Shown in pieces: positions 21,502-31,223 of a DNA stretch of 64,000 nt. The translations under genes were made by a program, and so were the position numbers. Numbering within the stretch: the first letter of the stretch is position 1; every line of letters begins with the position of its first letter. The stretch spans positions 5,312,001-5,376,000 of the forward strand of contig CBDETY010000003.1 of the NCBI GenBank assembly GCA_965243025.1. The letters are read 5' to 3'. Source of the stretch: Candidatus Latescibacterota bacterium (GTDB lineage: Bacteria; Latescibacterota; UBA2968; UBA8231). The notes below the pieces were generated by a model. That model was not told the DNA's origin. It saw only the letters and a list, made by a program, of their open reading frames with translations, and searched no databases.

Positions 21502-21882
21502 ATGTGGTGGCGGCTCTTCCTGGTCTTCACGGTGACCCCGGTCGTCGAACTGGCCCTGCTGATCCGGGTCGGACAGACCCTCGGGGTCCTGCCGACGATT
21601 GCGATCGTCGTCGCGACCGGCGCCGCCGGGGCCCTGCTGGCCCGCAGTCAGGGTCTGCTCGCCCTGCGCCGGCTGCAGCACGCGGTCTCGGGCGCGACCT
21701 TTCCCGGGGACGAGATCTTCGACGGGGTGCTGATTCTGATGGGAGGAATGCTGCTGCTGACGCCGGGCTTCCTCACCGACCTCGTCGGCTTCGCCGCCCT
21801 GCTGCCCGGCACGCGCGGGGTCCTCAAGGAGATCGTGCGGCGGCAGGTGCGCCGCCGCGTTCGCCGCGTCCGCACCGTCTGA
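21502..21882 (+). CDS. fxsA: FxsA family membrane protein
   Basis: PVVELALLI, ARSQG, LLLTPGFLTD. Confidence 0.9.
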   Translation: MWWRLFLVFTVTPVVELALLIRVGQTLGVLPTIAIVVATGAAGALLARSQGLLALRRLQHAVSGATFPGDEIFDGVLILMGGMLLLTPGFLTDLVGFAALLPGTRGVLKEIVRRQVRRRVRRVRTV

Positions 21883-21903
21883 CCGCCGACGGCATGCCCG
21901 TGG

Positions 21904-23463
21904 TCAGGCCGTCTTCTCCGCCAGCATGTCGAGGACGCGCTCCTTCCCGACCAGGCTGACGAAGGAGCCGAACCTCGGTCCCCGCTCCTGCCCGAGCACC
22001 ACCTCGTAGAAGGCGCGGAACAGCTCCTTCGGCTCCTTGCCGGCGGCGCGCGCCACGTCGAAGGGGATCGCCTGCCAGGTTTCCTCGTCCCCGTTCCCGC
22101 ACTGGGAAAGCCGGGCCCGCATTGCGGCCAGCAGCTCGCGCTCCTCCGGCGAGGGGGACCGGTACTTCTTGCCCGGCAGGACGCGGTCCTTGTAGTAGTT
22201 CATCCCCTTGTCGATCAGTTCCTCGACCACCGCTTCGTTGGCGGCGACGGTGGAGTCGTAGCGCCGCAGGTACTCCTTGAGCAGTCCGGTCGAGTCGATC
22301 CCCAGCGCCGATATGAGGTTGTTGACCGTGGTCGAATCGACGCCCGAGCCGTACCGGGGGACGCCCTCCCCCTTGCCGTGGATGTGCCACAGCTCGCTCT
22401 CGGGCCGCTCCTCGCCGGGGATCTCCGGGTAGGAGCGCAGGGCGGCGAGGTAGTCGTCGACGCACTTGGGGACGATGCCCCAGTGCAGGCGTTTGGCGCG
22501 CCGGGGGTTCTGGAACAGGAAGAAGAGCAGGGATTCGAGCGGGGCGTACTGCGTCCACTCGTCGACGGTGACCCCCATGCGCCCGGCGGAACTGGACAGA
22601 CCGCGTCCCTCTTCATCGAGGAAGTACTCGAAACAGAGTCCGACCGGAGGCTGCTTGCCCATCGTGCCCACGATTCTCGACGACTGGCGGACCGACTCGA
22701 CCAGGTCCTTGCCGTACATCTCGTAGTCGACCTCGTACGCGTACCAGCGCAGGGCCCAGTCGACCTTCCAGCCGACTTTCGCCAGCCCCCCGAGAATCGA
22801 CTGCTCGCCGCTCTCGCCGCAGCCTGCGTAGCGGTCGGTGCGGATGTCGCAGGAGAAGCCGACGCTGTCGCGCTCCGGGTGGTAGGAGGTCACCCGCGTC
22901 GCGTTGATCGAGCCGCAGCCGGGACAGATCGGAAAGAAGGGGGACCAGTGCTCGCGGTTCTCCTCGCGCAGGGTGGGCAGTATCAGCTCCCTGACCTCTT
23001 CGACTTTGGCGAGCAGCACCGAGAGCCCTTCGTCGAAGTCGCCGCGGGCGTAGGCTTCGCGCGAACTCTGGAATTCGTAGTCGAAGCCGTACGAGTCGAG
23101 GAACTCGCGCAGCTTCAGGTTCATGTGGTCGCTGAAGCTCGAGCAGCAGCCGAAGGGGTCGGGGATCGCGTGCAGGGGCCGCCCGAGGTTGGCGGCCAGC
23201 ATGTCGGGCTGCGGCAGGTTGCCGGGAACCTTGCGCAGACCGTCCATGTCGTCGCTGAAGCAGATCAGGCGGGTCGGTTCGCGGTACCGGTGTTCGCAGG
23301 CGTTGCGGACCCAGGTGGTGCGGGCGACCTCGGAGAAGTGGCCCATGTGGGGAAAGCCGCTGGGACCGAACCCGGTCTGGAAAAGCACCGGACGCTCCCC
23401 GGACCGGCGGCGGGCGGCGATCCGGCCCGCTTCCCGGAAGGGCCAGGCCTTGTATTCGCGCAT
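21904..23463 (-). CDS. lysS: Class I lysyl-tRNA synthetase
   Basis: GFGPSGFPHMG, SDDMDGLRKVP, WKVDWALRW, EMYGKDL, GPRFGSF. Confidence 0.9.
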   Translation of the reverse strand: MREYKAWPFREAGRIAARRRSGERPVLFQTGFGPSGFPHMGHFSEVARTTWVRNACEHRYREPTRLICFSDDMDGLRKVPGNLPQPDMLAANLGRPLHAIPDPFGCCSSFSDHMNLKLREFLDSYGFDYEFQSSREAYARGDFDEGLSVLLAKVEEVRELILPTLREENREHWSPFFPICPGCGSINATRVTSYHPERDSVGFSCDIRTDRYAGCGESGEQSILGGLAKVGWKVDWALRWYAYEVDYEMYGKDLVESVRQSSRIVGTMGKQPPVGLCFEYFLDEEGRGLSSSAGRMGVTVDEWTQYAPLESLLFFLFQNPRRAKRLHWGIVPKCVDDYLAALRSYPEIPGEERPESELWHIHGKGEGVPRYGSGVDSTTVNNLISALGIDSTGLLKEYLRRYDSTVAANEAVVEELIDKGMNYYKDRVLPGKKYRSPSPEERELLAAMRARLSQCGNGDEETWQAIPFDVARAAGKEPKELFRAFYEVVLGQERGPRFGSFVSLVGKERVLDMLAEKTA

Positions 23464-23479
23464 CGCAACTCCCGGGAGC

Positions 23480-23698
23480 TCAGCGATTGCGAAACGTGAT
23501 GCGTCCCCGCGTCAGGTCGTAGGGAGACAGCGCGACGGTCACCTGGTCGCCGGGCAGGACGCGGATGTAGTACTTCCGCATCTTGCCCGAGATGTGCGCC
23601 AGGATCTCGTGTCCGTTCTCCATCTCGACCTTGAAGAAGCCGTTGGGCAGGGCTTCCTTGACGACGGCCTGGACTTCTATCGCCTCTTCCTTGGGCAT
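23480..23698 (-). CDS. infA: Translation initiation factor IF-1
   Basis: MPKEEAIEV...LAHISGKMR...[10 protein letters not shown]. Confidence 0.97.
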   Translation of the reverse strand: MPKEEAIEVQAVVKEALPNGFFKVEMENGHEILAHISGKMRKYYIRVLPGDQVTVALSPYDLTRGRITFRNR

Positions 23699-23922
23699 GA
23701 ACTCCTGCAGATCGAAGATTCCGTTCGGGGCTGGTCCGCATAATGAAAAAGCGAGCCGAGTCTTCCTTTCCCGGAAGCCCCGCTCGCTCGCGTCTGCCAC
23801 AACCCGCCGGAATCTCAGAAAGTCATTAAAAGTGCCTTGCTTTCAGGTCTGTTTACCAGAACCGGTCAAGGTTACGGAATGCCCGGCGCGAAGTCAACGA
23901 ACCAATTTGCGCGGGTTCGCCC

Positions 23923-24867
23923 TCAGCGCATCAGGTACTCCTCGTTGTAAGTCGCCTCGCGCGCCGCCTCGATGGTGTGCAGGTGCGGGGTCAGCGCCTG
24001 CACCTGGATGAAGTAGTACTCCGCCTCGGTTTTGCGCCCGGCCTTTTCCATCACCGTGCCGAGGTTGTGCAGCGCCGGAACGTGGTCCTCCTCGAGCCCG
24101 ACCGCGGTGGTGAAGGCGCGCTCGGCGGGCTCGAGCTGGTCGAGGCGCAGGTGGGCGATCCCCTGGGCGTAGTAGATGTCGGCGTCGTCAGGTGCCAGCT
24201 TGACCGCGGCGTCGAACTGGGCCAGGGCCCCCTCCGTTTTTTTCGCGGTAAGCAGGATCAGCCCTCTGCTGAAACGGGCCTGCGCCAGCCCGCGGCGTCC
24301 GCCGGGATAAGTGGGATTCTGCTCCAGGACCACCCCGAGGTGCTCTATCGCCATGGCGTAGTCGCCGATCTTGTGGTAGGCGACAGCGAGGTTGTAACGG
24401 GCGTTGATGCGGTTCGGATCGGACCCGATCACCCATTCGAGCAGGGCGATCCCCTCGTTGTGGCGCTTGGTCCGGCACCACAGCGCTCCGAGGCCGGCCT
24501 TGGCCTCGACCAGGGAGGTGTCGACCTCCAGAGCCGCCTGGTAATGTCTCTCCGCTTCTCCGAGACGGGACTCGGCGTGCAGGATCACCGCGAGATTGCA
24601 GTGGGCCTCGGCGTAGCGCGGTTGCAATTCGAGCGCCTTCTGGAGATGCGATTCCGCCTCGTAGTGGTGGCCGTCCTCGTAGAGGGCGTTGCCGAGCAGG
24701 ACGCGGAGCTGGGCGTTGTGGGGATCCTTGCGGACGCGGTCGGCGAGGTAGCGGACCTTCTCCTTGGCCCACATGTCGTAGCGCTCCTTGCCCTCGGCGG
24801 CGAGCTCGGGGAGGGCAAGCGGGGAGAACGAGACCGCAGCTGCCACGACCAGGGGGAAGGCAGTCAC
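23923..24867 (-). CDS. Exported TPR protein
   Basis: signal-like N-terminus and multiple TPRs (AHCNLAVIL, ARYNLAVAY, ALHNLGTV). Confidence 0.85.
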   Translation of the reverse strand: MTAFPLVVAAAVSFSPLALPELAAEGKERYDMWAKEKVRYLADRVRKDPHNAQLRVLLGNALYEDGHHYEAESHLQKALELQPRYAEAHCNLAVILHAESRLGEAERHYQAALEVDTSLVEAKAGLGALWCRTKRHNEGIALLEWVIGSDPNRINARYNLAVAYHKIGDYAMAIEHLGVVLEQNPTYPGGRRGLAQARFSRGLILLTAKKTEGALAQFDAAVKLAPDDADIYYAQGIAHLRLDQLEPAERAFTTAVGLEEDHVPALHNLGTVMEKAGRKTEAEYYFIQVQALTPHLHTIEAAREATYNEEYLMR

Positions 24868-26165
24868 GGGTGGTACTTGCGGATGCGGTTGTTGAAGGTG
24901 TCGGCGACGTAGATGTAGCCGTCGGAGTCGAGGGCGATGCCCCCGGCCAGGACCTTGCGGTCAGTCGTCGAACCGAGGTCGAGATCGTCGACCACCGTGA
25001 CCGTGCCGCCGAAGCGGAAAGCACCCTCTTTCTCCTCGCCGCCGGGGGCCCATCGCGTCAGGTACTCCCCATCCCGGAAGACCTCGATGCGGCCGTACCC
25101 GGCGTTGACGACGAAGACCCTGTTGTTCTTTTCGTCGAATGCGAAGTCGCTCGGGCGGGAGAGCAGGCCGGCTCCGCGATCCTCCTCGGAAAGCGGATCC
25201 CGTCCCAGCACGAGGTCGATCTCCTCCCTTTCGGCGCTCTTGTAGAAGACGAGGCGCGGGGCTCGCCAGCCGGTTTCGACAATGTCGAGGGGCTCGACCA
25301 GGGCGGCGAACCAGCCGCGCCAGAAGCGCAGCCTCGAAACCAGGAGGGCCGGCACGCGGTACTCGAAGACGGGGTCGCCGCCGGTGGAGAACTGGTGCAG
25401 CCGGCTGATGCTCTCGATGAAGACGCGGTCCCCGTCGACGGCGATGTGGCGGGCGAACACCCCCGCGAGGGGGCGCGTCCACAACAGCTTGCCGTTGCGG
25501 TCGAATTTCGCCCAGGCCGGACGCGGCGCCCCGACAGCGGGAAGCGTGTTGAAGGCGACGAACAGGTTGCCGTCGGCATCGAGCGCTATGGCCGGTCCGT
25601 CGAGGGTGCCTGTTTCGATGAAGGCGTTGGGCAGGTCGGCGAACTGCCAGCGCCCCAGGTAATGGCCGGCGCGGTCGAAGCGTTCGACGCGGCCGGCGCC
25701 GATGCCGACGACGTTGAGAATGCCGCGTTCGTCGAAGGCGATGCGGGTGGGCAGGAAACCGCGGGGAAGGCTCCAGGAGTTGAGGAGGCGGTGGATTCCC
25801 CCTTTGGCCGGCTTGCTGGCCGAGGGATCGTCGCCGTCATCCCCGGGTTTGCCGATGCGCTCGACGACGACGCGGTAGCGGTAGGTGGTGTTGGCGAGCA
25901 GGCCGCTGTCCCGGCGGGTGGTGTCCAGGCGGCCGGCGATCAAGGCGATGGTCTCGAAATCCCGCCCCGCGCGGGACCGCTGGATTCTGTACTGAAGAAA
26001 GCCCTGCTGCGGGCTGGCGTCCCAGGCGAGCTCGGCAGCTGCGGAGACGCTGTCGAATTCGACCGTCAGGCGGGGAGGCGGCACGACGGGCGGTTTGCTG
26101 CGGAAAAATGGGAATGCGCACGAGCCTAGCACCCATGCGCATGCAAACAGAACGATCGCTGACAT
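24864..26165 (-). CDS. Lipoprotein with FN3-like and NHL beta-propeller domains
   Basis: lipobox LGSC; LANTTYRYRV; GIALDSDGYIYVADTFNNRIRK. Confidence 0.75.
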   Translation of the reverse strand: MSAIVLFACAWVLGSCAFPFFRSKPPVVPPPRLTVEFDSVSAAAELAWDASPQQGFLQYRIQRSRAGRDFETIALIAGRLDTTRRDSGLLANTTYRYRVVVERIGKPGDDGDDPSASKPAKGGIHRLLNSWSLPRGFLPTRIAFDERGILNVVGIGAGRVERFDRAGHYLGRWQFADLPNAFIETGTLDGPAIALDADGNLFVAFNTLPAVGAPRPAWAKFDRNGKLLWTRPLAGVFARHIAVDGDRVFIESISRLHQFSTGGDPVFEYRVPALLVSRLRFWRGWFAALVEPLDIVETGWRAPRLVFYKSAEREEIDLVLGRDPLSEEDRGAGLLSRPSDFAFDEKNNRVFVVNAGYGRIEVFRDGEYLTRWAPGGEEKEGAFRFGGTVTVVDDLDLGSTTDRKVLAGGIALDSDGYIYVADTFNNRIRKYHP

Positions 26166-26364
26166 CCGTCGAGTATGGTACTGGGCGGTTCGGGGGGTGT
26201 CAATTTGCGAGCCCTGTTCCGGAAATGGAACGCCGTCGGAAAGCTGACAGCCGTGTGGATGCCGCTGGGGGGCGGACGTACATTCCGGCCCTCCCCGCCC
26301 GGCGGCCGAATTCACGCGGAATTGCGCGCGCAGGAACTGGACCATTCAAGCCTCCACCCCTGAT

Positions 26365-27159
26365 GTGACACCGGTTATCACTCTCACCACCGACTTCGGG
26401 GAGCGCGATTATTACGTCGGCGCCGTCAAGGGCGTGCTCCTGTCCATCCACCCGGACCTCGCCATCGTCGACATCACCCACGCCGTTCCGCCCGGCGACG
26501 TGCTCGCCGGAGCATTCGTGCTGCGCAACGCCGCGGCGGAGTTTCCCCCCGGATCGATCCACCTCGCCGTGGTCGACCCGGGAGTCGGCACGAAGCGGCG
26601 GACGATCGCCGTCAGCGGCAGGGGATCCCTGTGGGTGGGCCCCGACAACGGCCTCCTCAGCTTCCCCCTCGGGGATCCCGCAGCGGTGACCCGCGAAATC
26701 ACCCCGCCTCCCCGCGGCCGGAGGCTGAGCGCGACCTTTCACGGCCGCGACCTGTTCGCTCCCTGTGCCGCCCGCCTCGCCGCGGGGTACCCCTTCGCCC
26801 TCGTCGGCCCGCGCGCAACCGGCGCCGAGATCCTGTCAGAGGCCCGCCCCGTTATCGGGAGCGGACGTGTCGCCGGGCAGGTGATCCATGTCGACGGCTT
26901 CGGCAACGCGGTCACCAACATTGCCGGCGAGGACCTCGACGCGCTCGCGGGCACCGGGGGCGCCGCCCGGCTCAGGGTTCTCGCCGGGGCCCGGCGGCTT
27001 CCCGTTGCCGCCACCTACGGCGACGTCGAGAGGGGGGCGCCGGTAGCCGTGGTCGGCAGCTGCGGCCTGCTCGAGCTGGCGGTCAACGGGGGCAACGGGG
27101 CGGAGTTTCTGCAGCTGCGGCGGCGGGACCCGGTAGTGGTCGAACGGGAAGGACCGTGA
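26365..27159 (+). CDS. SAM hydrolase (DUF62, chlorinase/fluorinase family)
   Basis: LTTDFG, VVDPGVG, GPDNG, TFHGRD, DGFGN. Confidence 0.9.
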   Translation: MTPVITLTTDFGERDYYVGAVKGVLLSIHPDLAIVDITHAVPPGDVLAGAFVLRNAAAEFPPGSIHLAVVDPGVGTKRRTIAVSGRGSLWVGPDNGLLSFPLGDPAAVTREITPPPRGRRLSATFHGRDLFAPCAARLAAGYPFALVGPRATGAEILSEARPVIGSGRVAGQVIHVDGFGNAVTNIAGEDLDALAGTGGAARLRVLAGARRLPVAATYGDVERGAPVAVVGSCGLLELAVNGGNGAEFLQLRRRDPVVVEREGP

Positions 27160-28553
27160 CCGGGGCGCCGCTGATCTCCGGCATCTCCGGCATCCGCGGC
27201 ATCGCCGGGGAGTCCTTCACCGAGGAGGTGGTGCGCCGCTATGCCGACGCCTTCGCCGTCTCCCTCGAACCGGGAGCCCCGGTCGTCCTGGCGCGCGACA
27301 CCCGACCCTCCGGCGCCGGATTCGCCGCCGCCGCGAGCGAGGCCCTGGTCGAAGCCGGCTGCCGGGTCGTCGACTGCGGCGTCTGCTCGACCCCGGCGGC
27401 GAAGCTGATGGTGACCGAGCTCGGGGCGGCCGGGGGGATCGCGGTCACAGCCAGCCACAACCCGGCTCCCTGGAACGGGCTCAAGCTGATCCGTTCCGAC
27501 GGGGTTTTCCTCAACGCCGGCCAGGCCGCAGAGGTCGAGGAACGCTTCGGCTCCGGGGAATCGCGGCGCCTCCCCGGCGGGGCGGAGACCTCACTCGATT
27601 CCGCCTCGGTCTGCGAGCTCCACGCCGACCGCGTCCTCGCACAGGTCGACGCCGCTTCCATCCGGGAAGCCACCTTGCGGGTGGCCGTCGATCCCTGCAA
27701 CGGCGCCGGATGCCTGGAGCTGCCGCTGCTGCTCGAGCGGCTCGGGGTGGAAGCGGGTTTCATCAACGCCGTTCCCGACGGGAACTTCGCCCGCGAACCG
27801 GAGCCGCTTCCCGCCAACCTCGGCCAGCTCGGGGAGGCGGTCCGGGAGCAGGGGGCGGACCTCGGTTTCGCCGTCGACCCGGACGCCGACCGCGTCGCCC
27901 TGGTGGGGCCGGACGGGGTCCCGCCGGGAGAGGATTACACCCTGGCCCTGGCGGTCGCCGCGGTCACCGCCCGGCGCCCCGGGCCGGTGGTCACCACCCT
28001 GTCGACCTCGCAGATCGTCAGCGACGCGGCGGGGCGGAACGGCTGCCCGGTGACGCTCACCGCGGTCGGGGAGGTGCACGTCGTCGAGAAGATGCTCGAG
28101 GAACGGGCGGTGATCGGGGGCGAGGGAAACGGCGGGGTGATCCTGACCGGGGTCTGCCCCGGCCGGGACGCGGCCGCCGCCGTCGCCGTCGTGCTCGAGG
28201 CGCTGGCGGTGAGCGGGTCCACCCTGCCGGAGCTGGCCGCCTCCCTGCCGGCGTACGCCATCGAGAAGCGCAAGCTCGCCTGCAGTCCCGTTCAGCTGCA
28301 GGGAGCCGTTGTTGCCCTCCGCAACCGCTATCCGGCGGCCTGGGCCCACCCGGTGGAGGACGGCGTCAAGCTGTACATGGAGGGAGTGCTCTCCTGCCCG
28401 TGGATTCACCTGCGGGCGTCGAACACCGAACCGGTGGTGCGCGTCATTGCCGAGGCGGAGACCCCGGCCGAGGCGAAAGCGCTGTGCGATGAGGCCGAGT
28501 CGCTGCTCGGGGAGTCGGGGAAACTCCCGGCGGGGCAGGGGGAAACAGTGTAG
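27156..28553 (+). CDS. glmM: Phosphoglucosamine mutase / phosphomannomutase
   Basis: ISGIRG, TASHNP, DPDADR, GGEGNGG, RASNTEP. Confidence 0.85.
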   Translation: MTGAPLISGISGIRGIAGESFTEEVVRRYADAFAVSLEPGAPVVLARDTRPSGAGFAAAASEALVEAGCRVVDCGVCSTPAAKLMVTELGAAGGIAVTASHNPAPWNGLKLIRSDGVFLNAGQAAEVEERFGSGESRRLPGGAETSLDSASVCELHADRVLAQVDAASIREATLRVAVDPCNGAGCLELPLLLERLGVEAGFINAVPDGNFAREPEPLPANLGQLGEAVREQGADLGFAVDPDADRVALVGPDGVPPGEDYTLALAVAAVTARRPGPVVTTLSTSQIVSDAAGRNGCPVTLTAVGEVHVVEKMLEERAVIGGEGNGGVILTGVCPGRDAAAAVAVVLEALAVSGSTLPELAASLPAYAIEKRKLACSPVQLQGAVVALRNRYPAAWAHPVEDGVKLYMEGVLSCPWIHLRASNTEPVVRVIAEAETPAEAKALCDEAESLLGESGKLPAGQGETV

Positions 28554-28588
28554 GGACGGCCGCAGCTGCGGCTGGGCGCCGGCTCCTC

Positions 28589-28975
28589 CTACGAGGTGGA
28601 GGAGGAGTCCTCCACCCCGAGGTTGTCGCGCACCCGGGGTTCGACCGGAAGTTCCTCCTCGACACTTCCCCTGGCGGGGATGTCGACCCGTTCCTCGACC
28701 TTCTGCGTCAGGCGATGGATACTCTGGTTGGCCTTGTCGGCGAACTCCTTGCGCTCCTTGTCGAGGCTGAGGAACTCGTCGGCGATCTGCATGGCGGCGA
28801 GGATGGCGACCCGCAGGTCCTGCAGGTTGGTCTTATGGTTATCGGCGATTTCCCGCATCTTCTGGTCGACGTATTCGGCGGCCGGCTGGATCTTCTCCAG
28901 CTCTCCGCTGATCCTGTAGGTCTTGCCGAAGATCTCGACCTCGACTCCCTCGAACTGCTTGTCTGACTTCGCCAT
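28589..28975 (-). CDS. zapA: Cell division protein ZapA
   Basis: VEVEIFGKTY, AEYVDQKMREI, VAILAAMQIADE. Confidence 0.9.
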   Translation of the reverse strand: MAKSDKQFEGVEVEIFGKTYRISGELEKIQPAAEYVDQKMREIADNHKTNLQDLRVAILAAMQIADEFLSLDKERKEFADKANQSIHRLTQKVEERVDIPARGSVEEELPVEPRVRDNLGVEDSSSTS

Positions 28976-29175
28976 GGCACCGTTCCCGTTCCTGGTTGCG
29001 CGTGCATGCCGCCGGCACGCGGTGCCCAATCTATACCCCTGCCGGGCGGGCGGCAAGCGCGCCGCCGCGGGGAACCCGGTCTCGGGACCGGTGCTTGCAA
29101 CTCCCCGCTGAATCGATCACCGTATTGGACCCTGGCAGCACCCGGTCCCGACCATCCGAGCCCCATACCTGCCCC

Positions 29176-30153
29176 GTGAAAGCCATCCTCGTCGATCCCG
29201 ACACCCGCGGCCTGTCGTGGGAGACCGTGCCCGATCCGCAGCCCGGTCCAGGCGAGGTTCTCGTCGACATCCACGCCACCGCCGTCAACCGCGCCGACCT
29301 GCTGCAGAGATCGGGGGGGTATCCGCCGCCGCCCGGGGCCCCGGAGTACCTCGGCCTGGAGATGGCGGGGGTGGTGTCGGAGGCCGGTGACGGCAGCGAA
29401 TGGAAACGGGGCGACCGGGTCTGCGCCCTGCTCAGCGGCGGCGGCTACGCCGAGCGGGTCGCGGTGCCGCAGCGCCTTCTGCACCGCATGCCCGACAACT
29501 GGGACTTCACCTACGGGGCCGCCGTTCCCGAAGTCTTCTACACGGCGTTCGTCAACCTGTTTCTCGAAGCCGGCCTCCAGCCCGGGGAAACCGCCCTCAT
29601 CCACGGAGGGGCCAGCGGCGTCGGGACCGCGGCGATCCAGCTGGCAAAGCAGTCCGGCTGCCGCGTCCTGGCGACCGCGGGCAGCGAGCCCAAGCTCGAG
29701 TGCTGCCGGCGCCTGGGGGCCGAGCTCGCCGTCGACTACAAGCGGGAGAACTTCGCCGAGGCGGTCCTCGCCCACTGCGACGGGGTCGACGTCGTCCTCG
29801 ACATCGCCGGGGCCAGCTCGCTTCCGGGCAACGTCGAGGTGCTCAAGCTCAAGGGGAGGCTGGTGGTCATCTCCGTTCTCGGGGGCACCGAGGGGGCCCT
29901 CGACGTCGGCGCCCTCCTGCGCAAACGGCTGCGCATCGCCGGCTCGCTCCTGCGCAGCCGTTCGGTCGCCGAGAAGGCGGCGATCAAGGAGGCGCTCGAA
30001 GAGCGCCTGTGGGGGATGATCGAGGACGGCCGCATCGAAGCGGTCATCGACAGCGTGCTGCCGGTAACCGAGGCAAGAGAGGCGCACCGCAGGCTGGCGG
30101 AAAACCGCAACATCGGCAAGGTCGTGCTTGCCGTCAGGGAGCAGGAACCATGA
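29176..30153 (+). CDS. NAD(P)H-quinone oxidoreductase, PIG3 family
   Basis: AVNRADLLQR, GLEMAG, GGGYAE, HGGASGVG, NIGKVVL. Confidence 0.92.
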   Translation: MKAILVDPDTRGLSWETVPDPQPGPGEVLVDIHATAVNRADLLQRSGGYPPPPGAPEYLGLEMAGVVSEAGDGSEWKRGDRVCALLSGGGYAERVAVPQRLLHRMPDNWDFTYGAAVPEVFYTAFVNLFLEAGLQPGETALIHGGASGVGTAAIQLAKQSGCRVLATAGSEPKLECCRRLGAELAVDYKRENFAEAVLAHCDGVDVVLDIAGASSLPGNVEVLKLKGRLVVISVLGGTEGALDVGALLRKRLRIAGSLLRSRSVAEKAAIKEALEERLWGMIEDGRIEAVIDSVLPVTEAREAHRRLAENRNIGKVVLAVREQEP

Positions 30154-31205
30154 GTGCATCGACCCGCTACCGGGAGATCGAGGTTCGCGGCACGCCGCGG
30201 CAGATGGGGGAACAGCTCGGAGAGGAGGCGCGCGACGAGATCCGCGGCTTCGACGCCGTGGCCCTGGAGCGCGTCAACCTGACCGTGGCGGTCTCCGAGG
30301 AGTCCGCACTCGCGGTCGCCGCCGACAGTATCGGGCGCGTCGCCGGGTACGCCCCGGAAATGCTCGAGGAGCTCAACGGCATGGCCGCTTCCTCCGGGGT
30401 GCCGGCCGAGCGCCTGATGCTGCTGCAGATCCGCAATCAGCTGCGTCCCGACGACGGCGGCTGCACCTCGTTCGCGCTCTCGCAGCCGGCGGCGGCAGGC
30501 ACCTTCGTCGGCCAGAACTGGGACAACGACCCCGAGCTGGATCCCTACACCATCGTGCTGACCCGGCGGCCGGAAGGGGAACCGGCCTTCATGTCCATCA
30601 CCCAGGCCGGCCTGGTCGCCTACATCGGCGTCAGCGACGCGGGAATCGGCATCTGCATGAACACCCTGCCGGCCCCCTGCCGGCCGCTCGGGGTTCCCCA
30701 TTACTTCACGGTCCGCCGGATGTACGGGGCCGGCACACTCGGGGACGCCCTGAAGGCGGTGCGCCGGGCCGAGCGGGCCATTCCCGCCAACGTGATCCTT
30801 GCGGCGCCGGACGGCCTGGCGGATTTCGAGATTACCATCGGCGACGTCCACGTCATCGGCGACGACGGCAGCGGCATCGTCACCCACACCAACCACTGCG
30901 TCCACCCCGACCTGGCGCCGGTAAACGCCGACTTCCCGGAGCTGATCCAGTCGGGGCCGCGCAAGTGCCGCGTCGACGAGCTGCTGCGCCGGGCCCCGAG
31001 GCCGCTGACCGAGGCCTCGCTCCGGGAGATCCTCAGCGATCACGACGGCCACCCGCACTCGATCTGCCGCCACGCCAACGACCATCCCGACAACGGCTAC
31101 TGGACCTCCGTCTTCTCGGTTATCATCGACGTCGGCGCCTGCCGGATGCAGGTCAGCCGCGGCAATCCGTGTGAAGCACCGTACGAAACCTACCACCTGA
31201 ACTGA
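30150..31205 (+). CDS. C45 family Ntn-hydrolase / acyltransferase
   Basis: G-C autoprocessing site GGCTS, GQNWD, THTNH. Confidence 0.88.
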   Translation: MSASTRYREIEVRGTPRQMGEQLGEEARDEIRGFDAVALERVNLTVAVSEESALAVAADSIGRVAGYAPEMLEELNGMAASSGVPAERLMLLQIRNQLRPDDGGCTSFALSQPAAAGTFVGQNWDNDPELDPYTIVLTRRPEGEPAFMSITQAGLVAYIGVSDAGIGICMNTLPAPCRPLGVPHYFTVRRMYGAGTLGDALKAVRRAERAIPANVILAAPDGLADFEITIGDVHVIGDDGSGIVTHTNHCVHPDLAPVNADFPELIQSGPRKCRVDELLRRAPRPLTEASLREILSDHDGHPHSICRHANDHPDNGYWTSVFSVIIDVGACRMQVSRGNPCEAPYETYHLN

Positions 31206-31223
31206 GGGTAACGGGAAACAGCA

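Noticed and set aside
26365-27159. Halogenase (fluorinase/chlorinase)
   Set aside because: Retains the Asp-Arg-His residues (VVDPG, KRR, TFHGRD) of SAM hydrolases and sits in housekeeping context
28554-28588. 6S RNA commonly found after zapA
   Set aside because: Only 35 nt between zapA and the convergent mutase gene
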